NCBI GenBank assembly: GCA_964016885.1
Contig: OZ024742.1
Span: 307,892,001-307,956,000 of the forward strand
DNA: 64,000 nucleotides
From: Eledone cirrhosa
Taxonomy: Eukaryota
Direction of reading: 5' to 3'
The position numbers and the translations under genes are program-made. The notes under the pieces are model-generated. The model saw only the letters and a list, made by a program, of their open reading frames with translations, did not search any database and had not been told where the DNA came from. Below are positions 1 through 13,827 of the stretch, in pieces. Every line of letters starts with the position of its first letter. Position 1 is the first letter of the stretch.

Positions 1-1231
1 TAGGTGGGTTCCTTCACCACAAACGACACACCTAGGCCTTCTGCCCTCGACGATTACGATGAGGTGGCTGCCGTTAGTGAGGTCTATTACCTCTGGGATC
101 TCCTCAATGCTTTTTTGGTCCGCTTGGATCACGAGCTCCATCCCAGATCCGACCAGTTCTCCTGCTTTTCTTTCGCTATTTCGATTATCTTGGTGTTGGC
201 TTCGATGCTGGCGAGGATAGCAGCCATTAGACAGGGAATTTCGATGGCCGGTGGAACGTGGGTCACCCTGATCTTCACGAGTCTCTGGCCACAATAGCTT
301 GGGACGAGTGTGAAGTCGTCACTTCTTAATGGGGCCATGGAGTCTTCTCTGGCCTCCTGTGGTGTTTCAAAGAACACGTCCACGGTTCCATATTTTTGCC
401 CACGTCTGGTGTGGTTTGTTTTGCCGACACATGTCCCAAAGCTTTTTGGATTTGGGACTCGGATGCCCGTTCCACTCGGCGCGATTTTATGTTAATCGTC
501 CGATAAGGGGTGAAGCTGACCCTGTACCCATCTTTCTTTACCATTTTTTTGGCTTCTTCTAATTCCTCCTGAGTTACCTGGGATGCTTCGCACTTTTTTG
601 CTACTCTGGCAAAAAACAAGGTTTTCTTATTCTCATTGTTTCTGTTGTTGTTATCGTTATTTTTGTTATTGTTAATTTTAGTTTCAGTTGTGGTGGTGGT
701 GGCGTCAGTGGTGTTCGGTGTGGAAGAGTTCATTTTGGCTGAGTTCGTTTCGATATCACGAGATAATTTATTTTTTTCTTTTGTTTCTGTTGTCGCTGTG
801 GTGGTGGTGGTGGTGGTGGTGGTAGGTTCAACACCTGCAGTCATTGGTAATGGCGGGAAATGAATGTCTGCCTGAGACAAATTTAAAATATTGCTACTGC
901 TTATATTTTTAGTGTTGGCAAACGTAGTAGTATTTACAATGGTGGTGTCGGTGTTAGGTGTTAGTTTGTGAGGAAGGCTCTCAGCTACTGGGTCAGCTGT
1001 GAGTCGGCCATGATTTTTCAAAGAAATATTTCTTTTATGTTTGATAATTATAAAAGTTTAAATTTTGGACTCAAGGCCCCAATCTTTTTAAGTGTCCTTT
1101 TCAGAAAACAATGTATGTGCACTTATATACATTTAACAATAAACATTTTCCATGAATGGCAATTTTAAACAACTGAAAATAACAAACCTTTGCGGAGCTC
1201 ACGATAATACGATTGACTACGTAGGTCGCCA
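1..1231 (-). mobile_element. L1/Tx1-like non-LTR retrotransposon, 5' UTR plus frameshifted ORF1 (ORFs 326-1021 and 129-383), running off the window edge
   Basis: T/N-rich N-terminus followed by 'LVKIRVTHVPPAIEIPCLMAAIL', resembling the RRM-like core of Tx1-type ORF1; 5' end abuts the (TAA)n tract at 1232-1267. Confidence 0.55.
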
Positions 1232-1236
1232 ATAAT

Positions 1237-1267
<31 letters not shown>

Positions 1268-1268
<1 letters not shown>

Positions 1269-2074
1269 GAGAAAACTGAATTCAGAGATCAACAGACATG
1301 GAACTGGTTGAAAAGAGGAGACTTTAAACAGGCTACAGAAGGAATACTAATGGCTGCGCAAGAGCAGGACCTCAAAACGAAGTGGCTGAAACACCATATT
1401 TACAAGGAGGAGGCTAGCCCACTGTGCAGGATCTGTGGAGAGAGAGAGGAGACTGTGGCTCACATTGTATCCGAGTGTAAACACCTAGCCCAGACTCACT
1501 ATAAAGGCTGGAGACATGATGTGATGAGCAGGGTGATCCACTGGCACCTATGCAAAGTAAACAATTTACCACATTCTGAGAAGTGGTATGAGCATAAGCC
1601 AGAGTCGGTGATAGAAAACGATCAGGTGAAGATGCTGTGGGATTTTAGGATACAGACGGACAAGAAACTGGAACACAATATACCTGACCTGGTGGTTTTG
1701 GACAAGGAAAACAGATCGTGGCTGATTGTGGATGTCGCCTGCCCATTCGACACGAGAGTGCAAGAGAAGGAGAGGGAGAAAATTACCCGATACCAGGAAT
1801 TAAAGTGGGAGGTAAAAAGGATTTGGAACTACCATGAAGTCAAAGTGGTCCCGATTGTCATAGGCCCACTAGGTACTATCTCAAAAAGTTTCCAGGGATG
1901 GTTAAAGAAAATTGGCCCCGCCCCGCTTTTTGGAACACTTCAAAAGGCATGCTTGCTGGGAACAGCAAGAACCCTCCGATATGTCCTGAATATCTGAGGC
2001 TGCAGGTAGTGGCTTGATATTCATTTCAACAAACTTTCCAGTTAACTAACATCAATGACTGAGACACAAAGAAC
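1268..2074 (+). mobile_element. 5'-truncated R4/Dong-like RLE retrotransposon, family 1 (ORF 1308-1997)
   Basis: CCHC finger CRICGEREETVAHIVSEC, RHD motif and PD..D restriction-like endonuclease (PDLVVLDK..IVDVACPFD..EKITRYQEL); (TAA)n on both sides. Confidence 0.9.
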
Positions 2075-2098
2075 AATAATAATAATAATAATAATAAT

Positions 2099-2421
2099 GC
2101 TTTCTTTATTAACCACAAGGGTTTACATAAAGTAGACATTAAGGACAGTACTGGACAATACAGGACGCTACAAATGCGCATTTCTGCGTGTAAAAACAAA
2201 AACAGAGGATGTAACAAAAAAATAACAATGAAAAATTCCCCAAAACGGGGGAGACTTCCGAGGGACATTCGTGGAGTAAGCCCATTAAAAAGCCACAGTG
2301 ACCCTGACCACCAAGGCCAGTGCCCTCTCCCAGTTTTCCACCTTTAATTTACAGACACCCATTCTTGACTCTCTCACCCATCTTTCAACAAAATGCTGGG
2401 AAGAGAGCACTTCCCTCTCTA
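2099..2421 (-). mobile_element. 3' end of an L1/Tx1-like element
   Basis: Translation VEREVLSSQHFVERWVRESRM matches VEREVLPPSTFAKRWMNVARM at ~4600-4670; AATAAA then an (ATT)n tail. Confidence 0.65.
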
Positions 2422-2427
2422 CAATAA

Positions 2428-2785
2428 TAATAATTGTTTCTACTTTTGGCACAAGGCCAGAAATTATCCAGTACATTACTGGTACTTTATTTTATCGACC
2501 CTGTAAGGATGAAAGCCAAAGTTAACCTCTGCGGGATTTGAACTCAGTTCGTAAAGGGACGTAACTAATGGTTTCTAGTATAGGCACAAGGCCAGTAATT
2601 TGAGGGAGGGGAAATTCGATTAAATCGACCCAGTACATTACTGGTACTTTATTTTATCGACCTCGTAAGGATGAAAGGCAAAGTTAACCTCAGTGAAATT
2701 TTAACTCAGACCATAAAGGGCCGTAACTCTCTGCTACAAACAGAGCGTCCAATCCTCTACCGATACTGCCAATCGACCGTCTTTA
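2428..2785 (-). mobile_element. Two tandem tRNA-derived SINE copies (family A)
   Basis: Reverse complement of the family core ctttcatccttac..ggtcgataaaataaagtaccag with A/B-box-like motifs; homologous to 3343-3539. Confidence 0.85.
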
Positions 2786-2791
2786 ATAGTA

Positions 2792-3083
2792 GGCGCGCTA
2801 GGTAATCTCTCAAAGAGTTTCCAAGGATGGTTAAAGAGGATTAGTGCAGCCCCGCTTTTTGGAACACTTTGGCGCACTAGGTACTATCTCAAAGAGTTTC
2901 CAAGGAGGGTTAAAAGAGATTAGTCCAGCCTCGCTTTTTGGAACATTCCAAAAGGCATGCTTGCTGGGAACAGCAAGAACCCTCCGATATGTCCTGAATA
3001 TCTGAGGCTGCAGGTAGCGGCTTGATATTCATTTCAACAAACTTTCCAGTTAACTAACATCAATGACTGAGACTCAAAGAACA
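2792..3083 (+). mobile_element. Short 3' fragment of R4/Dong family 1 with an internal ~80 bp duplication
   Basis: Matches 1862-2074; ends in (TAA)n. Confidence 0.85.
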
Positions 3084-3342
3084 ATAATAATAATAATAAT
3101 AATAATAATTATTATTATTATTTTTATTTTCTTTCATTATTATTTTCTTTCATCAGATATATGCCGAGTGTCTCCCTGACACCTAGGGCAAATAAATTCA
3201 GTGTGCATTGGTAAGCTTAAAAAAAACAGTATATATATATACACACATGTGCATATGAATATGTAAATACAAGGATGGATATCAATCTTACAGAGATACT
3301 GCTCTTCTCAATACGTGTGCAGTACCATTATTATTATTATTA

Positions 3343-3539
3343 GAGGGCGGTGGATTGGCAGTATCGGTAGAGAGTCGGACACCATGCTTTGAAGCATAGA
3401 GTTACCTCCCTTTATGATCCGAGTTCAAATCCCGCCGAGGTTAACTTTGCCTTTCATCCTTACGGGTTCCATAAAATAAAGTACCAGTAATACACTGGGA
3501 TAACTGCTGGCCTTGTGCCTAAAGTAGAAACAATTATTA
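3343..3539 (+). mobile_element. tRNA-derived SINE family A, full length
   Basis: A box TGGCAGTATCGG, B box GAGTTCAAATCC, tail GTAGAAACAATTATT; follows an (ATT)n tract. Confidence 0.9.
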
Positions 3540-4959
3540 CGGCACCTTATTGAAGGAATATGAAAGGTTGACAGGAGCCAAACTTAACCCGGAAAAGTCG
3601 GTGGGCTTGCAGCTTGGAACCTGGAGAGGCAAGCCCATGCCGTCCAACAGCGTCGTGTGGCGCTGGACGGACCGGTAAAGTTGCTCGGGGTTTGGTTCGG
3701 ACCAGACCTCCAGGTAGAAAAGAGTTGGAACGAGGTAACGAGCAGAGTAGACAGTCTCACGCAAAAATGGGCTGGGGGGATACTATCACTGAAAGGCCGC
3801 GCGGAGGTGGCGAATGCGTACATCGCGTTCCTCATCTACTACCGTCTGGCCGTCGTGCTTTGGCCCCGTACGCGCCACGTCAAGTTGGAACGGCTCCTCT
3901 TCAAATTCTTGTGGAGGGGACAAGTTCCGTTGGTGAGGCGGTCCATCTGCTGCCAGCACCCTCTACACGGAGGGATGGGCTTGCCGTGGCTAGTGATGCG
4001 CAGACATGCGTTTAGGCTGCGACATCTCCAGATATTCTGCCTAAACGGTGAACAGGTGTGGTCGCCGTTTATCAGACGGGCCTTTCCGCAGCTCGTTTCT
4101 TTGATTGAGCTGCAGTCCTAGGTCAAGAAGAGAACGAGACTGGGTGAGTGGCACCTGGAATGTTGCCAAGAACTCACTGCCCTCTACCAAGCGGGCAATG
4201 CGATCAGTGGAACTTCCACTCTCGAGTTCTATAGAGGATTAGTGGTGGTCAAGTGGGATGACGCACTCGGAGAAGCTTTGGGCCTCGACGAAGTCGAACT
4301 GACCAGTTTGTACCGGAGGACTTCGAGCCGGGGACGATGGACAATTTCCAGAAATACCTCGCTTGGCAGTGTTACCGGGGGGCACTGCCGGTTCGGGATA
4401 AACTCTACAGGCAGGGAAATGCTGTCAGACGGACCTGCCCAAGATGCGCACAAAACGACGAAACCGTTCTGCACGCACTTGTCCAATGTCCGTGCATTAC
4501 TGACTTGTGGAGTTATGTCGAACTGCTAGATTGAAGACAGACACTTTTCTCTTCGGCCAATCCCTCATCAACTTCTTCAAGTTTCACAGGAAAGGATGGT
4601 GAGGGTGGAGAGAGAAGTGCTGCCCCCCAGTACATTTGCTAAAAGGTGGATGAATGTGGCGAGAATGGCTCGTGTGAATGGGCCTACGCTGACCATGCGC
4701 CTGTAGGCTAGCTAACTTGAGGAGAGGAGTTATCTCCCTGGGTGCCCAAGAAGCGCAGGGTGGTTCAGGATTGGTGGGTTCCCCTATCGGGGAATTTATT
4801 TTGTCATATTTATGCATAGTTTATTTTATATTTTTATATATTCATTGTTAAACTAGTCTTGCCATTGTCCACTTTTACTTCACCTTATTGTAAACCCCAC
4901 TGTCCCTGTCTTTGTATTGTCCCCTACATGTCGGCCCTTGAGGCTAATAAATGAAATCA

Positions 4960-4960
<1 letters not shown>
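3540..4960 (+). mobile_element. L1/Tx1-like ORF2 C-terminal fragment with 3' UTR (decayed)
   Basis: RT thumb 'VKLLGVWFG..LSLKGRAEVANAYI..FKFLW..GGMGLP'; zf-RVT-like 'WQCYRGALPV..TCPRC..DETVLHALVQCP'; AATAAA before (ATT)n. Confidence 0.85.
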
Positions 4961-4991
<31 letters not shown>

Positions 4992-6484
4992 GTTCTTTGA
5001 GTCTCAGTCATTGATGTTAGTTAACTGGAAAGTTTGTTGAAATGAATATCAAGCTGCTACCTGCAGCCTCAGATATTCAGGACGTATCGCAGGGTTCTTG
5101 CTGATCCCAGCAAGCACGCCTTTTGAAGTGTACCAAAAAGAGGGGGGGGGGGCAATTTTCTTTAACCATCCCTGAATCTTTTTGAGATAGTACCTAGTGC
5201 GCCTATGACAATCGGGACCACTTTGACTTCATGGCAGTTCGAAATTCTTTTTACCTCCCACTTTAATTCCTGGTATCGGTTAATTTTCTCCCTCTCCTTC
5301 TCTTGCACTCTCGTGTCGAATGGGCAGGCCACATCCATAATCAGGCACGATCTTTTTTCCTTGTCCAAAACCACCAGGTCAGGTCTATTGTGTTCCAGTT
5401 TCTTGTCTGTCTGTATCCTAAAATCCCACAGCACCTTCACCTGATCGTTTTATATCACCGCCTCTGTCTTATGCTCATACCACTTCTCAGAATGTGGTAA
5501 ATTGTTTACTTTGCATAGGTGCCAGTGGATCACCCTGCCCATCACATCATGTCTCCAGCCTTTATAGTGAGTCTGGGCTAGGTTTTTACACTCGGATACA
5601 ATGTGAGCCACAGCCCCTCTCTCTCTCCACAGATCCTGCACAGTGGGCTAGCCTCCTCCTTGTAAATATGGTGTTTCAACCACTTCGTTTTGAGGGTCTG
5701 CTCTTGCGCAGCCATTAGCATTCCTTCTGTAGCCTTTTTAAGGTCTGTTTTCAACCAGTTCCATGTCTGTGGATCTCTGAATTCAGTTTTGTCAAAGAAG
5801 GTACTATGAAGGGATTTTTCATGAAGGCTGCTCTTTCTCCTTGTTATTTCCTCCTTGGACATCCCTTGGTCTATTGTCCTCTCCTTCAGTACAATTCTGA
5901 GCATTGGCTCCTTACTATCAGTCACGTATTTGTGTAGATTGTTTTTCTCCATCTGAACACAGTCCTCTATGCTGATAAGACCTCTTCCACCTTCAGATCT
6001 CCTTAAGTAGAGTCTATCGACATCACTCCTCTTGTGGAACATGTTGTATATAGTCAATAGCTTCCTAGTCTTCCTATCCATTTCTTTTTGTTCAACAACA
6101 TTCCATCTTAAAATTCCCGCACTGTACCTAATAATAGACACAGCTCGAGAATTTACTGCTCTTATGGCATTCCTACTGTTCAGATGTGACTTTAATACGC
6201 TCCTTACTCTCCGAATGTATTCAGATCTTATCAATTCCTTCATTTTTTTGTGCTTGATGTCATCAGCCTCCAGAATACCTAAATACTTGTATCCTTCTTC
6301 AGTGTCAATTTCCTTTATCATCTCACCTGTTGGTACCTGGATTCCGTTGCTTCGGCTCAATTTACCCCTCTTTATCACAAGGATTCCACACTTACTAATA
6401 CCAAATTGCATACATATATCATTGCTGAAAATACGGACAGTGTCAACAAGCACATCCAACTCCTTCTCACTCTTCCCGAAGAGC

Positions 6485-6486
<2 letters not shown>
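4992..6486 (-). mobile_element. 5'-truncated R4/Dong-like element family 1 (ORFs 5578-6522, 5450-5641, 5162-5440; frameshifted)
   Basis: RT C-terminus (FGISKC, YKYLGILE, RLYLRRSEGGRGL), CCHC finger and RLE; (ATT)n on both sides; closely similar to 1268-2074. Confidence 0.92.
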
Positions 6487-6517
<31 letters not shown>

Positions 6518-9500
6518 TGCATTTATCTTGCTTTATGTTTATACGAGTTATCACCAAGTCACAACCAGTGACCTCAAGAGACAACAAGGTCCGCCATGTT
6601 CAAGAAAGAACATACATATTCACACATGCATCCTTAGTGTTTAGACTTGTGATGTACTTATATTGACAGGATCTTCCTTAGTATATGGGCAGTTCCCATT
6701 AGTACTATCTTTTGTATTTCTCCCATACGCGGGTTTCCTGGGATTTGCGATAAGTAGTCGTTAGACCCCTTAGGTATCATTCCCAGAGCGCCTACAACCA
6801 CTGGTATTGTTTTAGTTCTCAATTTCCACATTTTTCCAATTTCTATCTCCAGGTCCTTATACTTGCTCATTTTTTCAAATGTTTTTATAGATACATTCTT
6901 GTCTATTGGAACAGACATATCAATTAGCAGGCATACCCTCCTTTGAAAGTCCTTCAATATTATATCAGGTCTATTTGCATCTATTTTTCGGTCTGTTTGG
7001 ATGCTAAAGTTCCACAAGATTGAGATGTGATCTTTTTCAAGTATGGGAGGTGGTTGATGCTCCCACCAATTCTTTTGATGGGGCAGGTCAAAATGCTTAC
7101 ACATTATCCAATGTATGTATTGTGCAGCTCTGTCATGCCTGTTTAGGTATTCGGTTGGAGCTATAGGACTGCACATTGAAATTATATGGTCAATGGTCTC
7201 TGGTTGTTTTTTGCATACACGGCATAATGGGCTGCACCCATTTTTTATTATGTTGGCTTGGTCATTTTTTGTTGGCAGACACTGATCTTGTGCCGATATA
7301 ATCAGTCCTTCAGTCTCCGATTTCAGTCCAGAGGATGCCAACCACTGATGGGTTAAAGTTTTGTCAACATCAGGATTGTTAGCTCGCTCTGGGTATTTTC
7401 CATACAGAGGCTTTTCTTGCCATTTCTTAGCCAGTTTCTGTAGCAGTTCTTTCTTTGCAGTTACTTTTACCTGCTTTGCTTTTTCTGTGTTTTCCATTTC
7501 AGCAGTAAATGGGACTTCTGAAATTTGTAGTCCATTACTGTATCTTTGTGCATCTTTTGTAATGGAATATGAACTTTTGGTGCTTTCGTGTTTCAAAACG
7601 AGTTTGATCATCCAATCATGGGATTCTCTTAGATATGTGGATAATCCAATTGTTGCAGTTTTCAACGCAATGTCTAACTGGATTAACCCACGTCCTCCTT
7701 CTTTCCTAGGGAGATATATTCTATCTATGTCTGCCTTAGGGTGATGCATTCTGTGCATGGTTAAGAATTTTCGGATTTTTGTATCGAGCCTACGGATCTC
7801 TGTGCTTGACCAGTTGATGACATTGTAACTGTAGGTTACTACTGGTATGGCAAGCGTGTTTATGGCATCGATCCTATTCCTTGCATTCAATTCCGTTCTT
7901 AAGATTGCTCTGACTCTGCGGTAACATTCCTTCCTTATCCTTTCCCTCATTGTCGAGTGCTTGATTCCGTCTCCTTCACAAACACCTAGATATTTGTAAG
8001 TTTTTTCTTGATCAAGCTCCCTTATCACGTTCCCCCGATCAAGATTAATGTCTGAACTCTTCATCAGCTTTCCTCTGGTGAACGTTGCTTTGGCGCATTT
8101 ATCCAGTCCAAACTCCATTTTAATGTCATCACTGAACTGCTCCACAGTGGATTATAGCCCTTGCAATTGTTCATCATTTTTTGCAAATAGTTTCAGGTCA
8201 TCCATGTAGAACAGGTCATTAATGGTTTTGTCATAGACTCTATATCCATGTTTTGTTTCATTGAGCATTTTACTTAATGGTATAAGTGCGATGCAGAATA
8301 AAAGCGGTGATAAAGAGTCACCCTGAAAAATTCAACAATTAATGTTAACTTCTCCAGCTTCCAGTGATTTTGTTTCACTATTCAAACGGAGTGTCGTTCT
8401 CCATGTCCTCATACTGAATGACAAAAACCTCCTGACAACGGGGGATATTTTGAAAATCTCTAAACATTCTTCAATCCAACTGTGTGGCAAACTATCGAAT
8501 GCTTTTTTATAATCTACCCAAGCAATCGATAGATTTTTGTGTCTATTATGACAATCTTCCAGTATCATTTTGTTAACCAGAAGCTGATCCTTACAGCCAT
8601 ATGAGCCTCATTTACACCCTTTCTGCTCAATGGGAAATAGGTCATTTGTTATCAGGTGGTCATATGTGTATTCAGTTAGGACTGATGTTAACATTTTATA
8701 CATTGTGGTCAAGCAGGTTATCGGTCTGTAATTTTTGGGATCGTTTGTCTCATCATTCTTCGGTAGCAGGAATGTAATGCCGTTAACTAGCCATCATGGT
8801 ATCTTTTCTGGCTCCTTAACTATTTCATCGTAAAGTTGGGCTAACAGCTCATGAGACTCTGTGAAGGCATTTATCCAAAAGTTTTGTATTTTGTCTTTTC
8901 CTGGGGATTTCCATTTGCTGGTTTTTCTTAGAGCCAAGCGCAGCTGTTCAACTGTTATATTTTCCCATGTTTGTTCTTCAAGGTGAGCTGTTTCTTTCAT
9001 TTGTCTGTCTATCCATGGGGCATGTATGTTATGAACTTTTTCTTCGGCCCAGATCTTTTCCCAGAATTCTTGCACTTCCTCCTTGGGTGGTATTGATTTA
9101 GCAGTTATTGTTGACTTACCAATTTTTCTGTAGAAGTTTCTTTGGTTGTTTTTGAACATATTATTGTCCTTATAGAATCTAGATCGTTTTTCAAAGCGCC
9201 TTATACGAGCAGCTTTGGCCGACACTTTTTGCTTGATTGTTTCTATCAGCATGTCTATGTCACATGTTGATCTTATACTGTACTTTTTTTTCAATTTTCT
9301 AAGTTTAGTTTGTTTAACATGTTCACCTACTTTATAGTTTGTTAAAATTTCTATGTCAGATCGGAGAACTTTTATTTGGCGATTGATGTTATCTTGCCAA
9401 GTAGATTTCTTGTGGGTATTCCTTTGTTTTTTCATCTTCACTCCACATAAGTGAGTGGTGACTTTAGCCGATGCATAATAGAGATGATTTAAGTCAGTAA

Positions 9501-10497
9501 TGTTTAGTTTGTTTGTGATGATAATGTTTTTGAGAATTATGTTAGTCTTGTGTATTATCTTTTGGTTCTGTTTGGAGTTCTGGATCTTAGGGAGGGTGTC
9601 TCGTTGCCCCATGTCAGATACTTTCATTTTCATCCATTCGATCATAATTTCATCCTTCAAGTTGGCAAGTTCATTCTCATTCATTTCTTTATCATTTACG
9701 ATCTCATTATTTTCATTTGGAGTTTCATCCTGAGCATGCACTCCCTCCACTTTTTCGCTCCTTTCTTTAATTTGTTCTGTTGTCAGTGATTCCGCCCCAA
9801 CCCTGGGATTCGAAGTGTTACAGTTTACCTCGTTTTCACTGACACATGCTTCATTTTCCCTTCGCTGACTTTGTGCTACTAGCTTGATCTGATCAATTTC
9901 TATATCAGTTAGTAACTTTTTTCTTACAATATTTCTTCGTATATTGGCTAGTTTGTTACTGTCAATATAGCCTCTGTTTTCGGGATGTTTCTTTTTCCAG
10001 TTGATATATGTTTGTTCTGTATTCGATGTATTTGATGGGTAGTACATGGCAGTATAGAAAGCCTCAAGGACTTCTTTATTATCTTCCCTTGACCATTTTT
10101 CTCTCGTTTTCTTTGGATTTCTTGGTGGTGAGCATGGAGGGCCAACAGTAGGAGTATTCCGGTTATGGGAGGTCTCCAGCTCCGAAGTGATGGGAAGGTT
10201 TGAACCATTAGCTGAATTTTCGACCCCAGTCTGGTTCCTCTCTGAGGGACGCGGCCCTTTTTTACCCGGGTGACGGCCGATCCGGTATGAGATTTTATCA
10301 TTAGACATTTACTTTATTTTGTCGCGTCTTATCCTTATCCGCCAAGGGGTAATCATTTCGTGTTACCACTTCTAGAACGAGTGTCAACCAAGACTAGAGG
10401 GGTCGTTCTCCCCTAGAGACATGGCTATTCCCCGCCGGCCGCCATCCCGGTATTTCTTGGTCACGGGGTTTTCTTTTTGTTGTTTTTTTTTAAATTG
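6518..10497 (-). mobile_element. Near full-length R4/Dong-like RLE retrotransposon, family 2; single ORF 10308->6658 broken by stops and frameshifts
   Basis: WKSPGKDKI, AWVDYKKAFDS, FQGDSLSP, FYMDDLK (RT), CRVC..HIISMC finger, RPDIILKD..DMSVP RLE; 3' end in (TAA)n. Confidence 0.93.
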
Positions 10498-11341
10498 TTA
10501 TTATCATGAGTGGTTCCTTAATGTGAGCATTGCGTGGCTTAAGAATGAAATTATTAATAATTGTCTCCACTCCAGGCACGAGGCCAGCAATCACCCAGTG
10601 CATTACAATAATATAATATACTTTTTGTTGTAGTTGGCTGTTATTGTTGTTGGCTATGTCGGTGGTGGTGCCGGGGCTTTTTATATTGTTGGTGAGGAAG
10701 GGGTGAGCCAGCAGTCCCATAATTGTTGATGTAGACGTTTGGCCGTGGCAAGGTCACCAAGTCAATCTATTTATATCTTTTGCTAGCCTCTCTCTTGTCT
10801 AGTGCTACCGCCACCTTCCCTTTTCTCTCTCAAGTTAACAGGGGAATAGTGTCAGTAGCATTGAATGAGTGGTGGCGGCGATTATGGATGTGGTGGGGTG
10901 GTGGCAGCGGTGGTGTTGTGGTTACTGATATAGTATCTATGAGTTTGTGTTCGTATGTTTAATATATATTTTTATTATATTTTGTGTTGACATATTCCCG
11001 TAAAATTTGAATTAAACATTTTTTAAAATTTGAGACAATAATAGTAGTAAATATTATTATGATGCTGGTGAAATTGCCGTTATCTGGCTGTTATATTTAG
11101 TGTGATGGGATAGGTAGTGTATCAAGTTTCTGGTGTTGGTGAAATTGAAATTGCTGCTGTTCTATATAGTGTAGACAGAGGGTGTTTTGTTCCATTTATA
11201 ACCATTTTCTTTTTTTGAATACAAAATATATAATACAAAATTGAATATTTGAGCGATACAACAATATAATATGGATCCGAAACTTTATGGGACCTCATTC
11301 GGTGCCTTTATGCAACATTTGTGCAACATTTGTGCTAAGAA

Positions 11342-11395
<54 letters not shown>

Positions 11396-11404
11396 TTATT
11401 ACAG

Positions 11405-12562
11405 TTGCATTTATCTTGCTTTATGTTCATACGAGTTATCACCAAGTCACAACCAGTGACCTCAAGAGACAACAAGGTCGGCCATGTTCAAGAAAGAACA
11501 TACATACTCACACATGCATCTTTAGTGTTTAGACTTGTGATGTACTTATATTGACAGAATCTTCCTTAGAATATGGGCAGTTCCCATTAGTACTATCTTT
11601 TGTATTTCTCCTATACGCGGGTTTCCTGGGATTTGCGATAAGTAATCATTAGACCCCTTAGGTATCATTCCCTGAGCGCCTACAACCACTGGTATTGTTT
11701 TAGTTCTCAATTTCCACATTTTTCCAATTTCTATCTCCAGGTCCTTATACTTGCTCAATTTTTCAAATGTTTTTATAGATACATTCTTGTCTATTGGAAC
11801 AGACATATCAATTAGCAGGCATACCCTCTTTTTAAAGTCCTTCAATATTATATCAGGTCTATTTGCATCTATTTTTCAGTCTGTATGGATGCTAAAGTTC
11901 CACAAGATTGAGATGTGATCTTTTTCAAGTATGGGAGGTGGTTGATGCTCCCACCAATTCTTTTGATGGCGCAGGTCAAAATACTTACACATTATCCAAT
12001 GTATGTATTGTGCAGTTCTGTCATGCCTGTTTAGGTATTCGGTTGGAGCTATAGGACTGCACATTGAAATTATATGGTCAATAGTCTCTGGTTGTTTTTT
12101 GCATACACGGCATAATGGGCTGCATCCATTTTTTATTATGTTTGCTTGGTAATTTTTTGTTGGCAGACACTGATCTTGTGCTGATATAATCAGTCCTTCA
12201 GTCTCCGATTTCAGTCCAGAGGATGCCAACCACTGATGGGTTAAAGTTTTGTCAACATCAGGATTGTTAGCTCGCTCTGGGTATTTTCCATACAGAGGCT
12301 TTTCTTGTCATTTCTTAGCCAGTTTCTGTAGAAGTTCTTTCTTTGCAGTTACTTTTACCTGCTTTGCTTTTTCTGTGTTTTCCATTTCAGCAGTAAATGG
12401 GACTTCTGAAATTTGTAGTCCATTACTGTATCTTTGTGCATCTTTTGTAATGGAATATGATCTTTTGATGCTTTCGTGTTTCAAAACGAGTTTGATCATC
12501 CAATCATGTGATTCCCTTAGATATGTAGATAATCCAATTGTTGCAGTTTTCAACGCAATATC
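11405..12562 (-). mobile_element. 5'-truncated copy of R4/Dong family 2
   Basis: Near-identical to 6518-7674; (TAA)n tail at 11345-11400; cut off at a fold-back element starting ~12558. Confidence 0.92.
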
Positions 12563-12619
12563 GGGTGCTAATTGTGCCATACCGCCTATGGAAGCACCAT
12601 AGCTACCATTATACACAAC

Positions 12620-12660
<41 letters not shown>

Positions 12661-12663
12661 GTA

Positions 12664-12714
<51 letters not shown>

Positions 12715-12965
12715 GGGTATAATGGTAGCTATGGTGTTTACATAGGCGGCATGGCAACATTAGCACCCGATATTCAGCAGAGTAGAGTGTAGATAGTGAT
12801 AAAATTTGCTCCAAACGAAATACCCATGTCTGAAAGAACATGAAGAAGTAGATTCAGCCAGATCCATAAAAGGACCATGTTTCGAGCTACCTGCCGGCAA
12901 AACAATTGTAACACACAATAAATTAAGTCCAGATGCATCACTGATTTTTTGTTTTCTTTATACTA
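12558..12965. mobile_element. Non-coding fold-back insertion, same family as 27996-28274
   Basis: Inverted arms 12558-12620/12711-12773 around (TA)n; shares cgcctatggaagc..gctaccat and cagatgcatcactgatttt with 27996-28274. Confidence 0.7.
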
Positions 12966-12976
12966 CATATATATAT

Positions 12977-13827
<851 letters not shown>

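Noticed and set aside
3343-3440. tRNA-like A and B boxes
   Set aside because: SINE head; no cloverleaf, and it is followed by the repeated SINE body
10606-11340. T/N-rich minus-strand stretch resembling the Tx1-like ORF1 N-terminus
   Set aside because: Compositional similarity only; no alignable motif or sustained ORF
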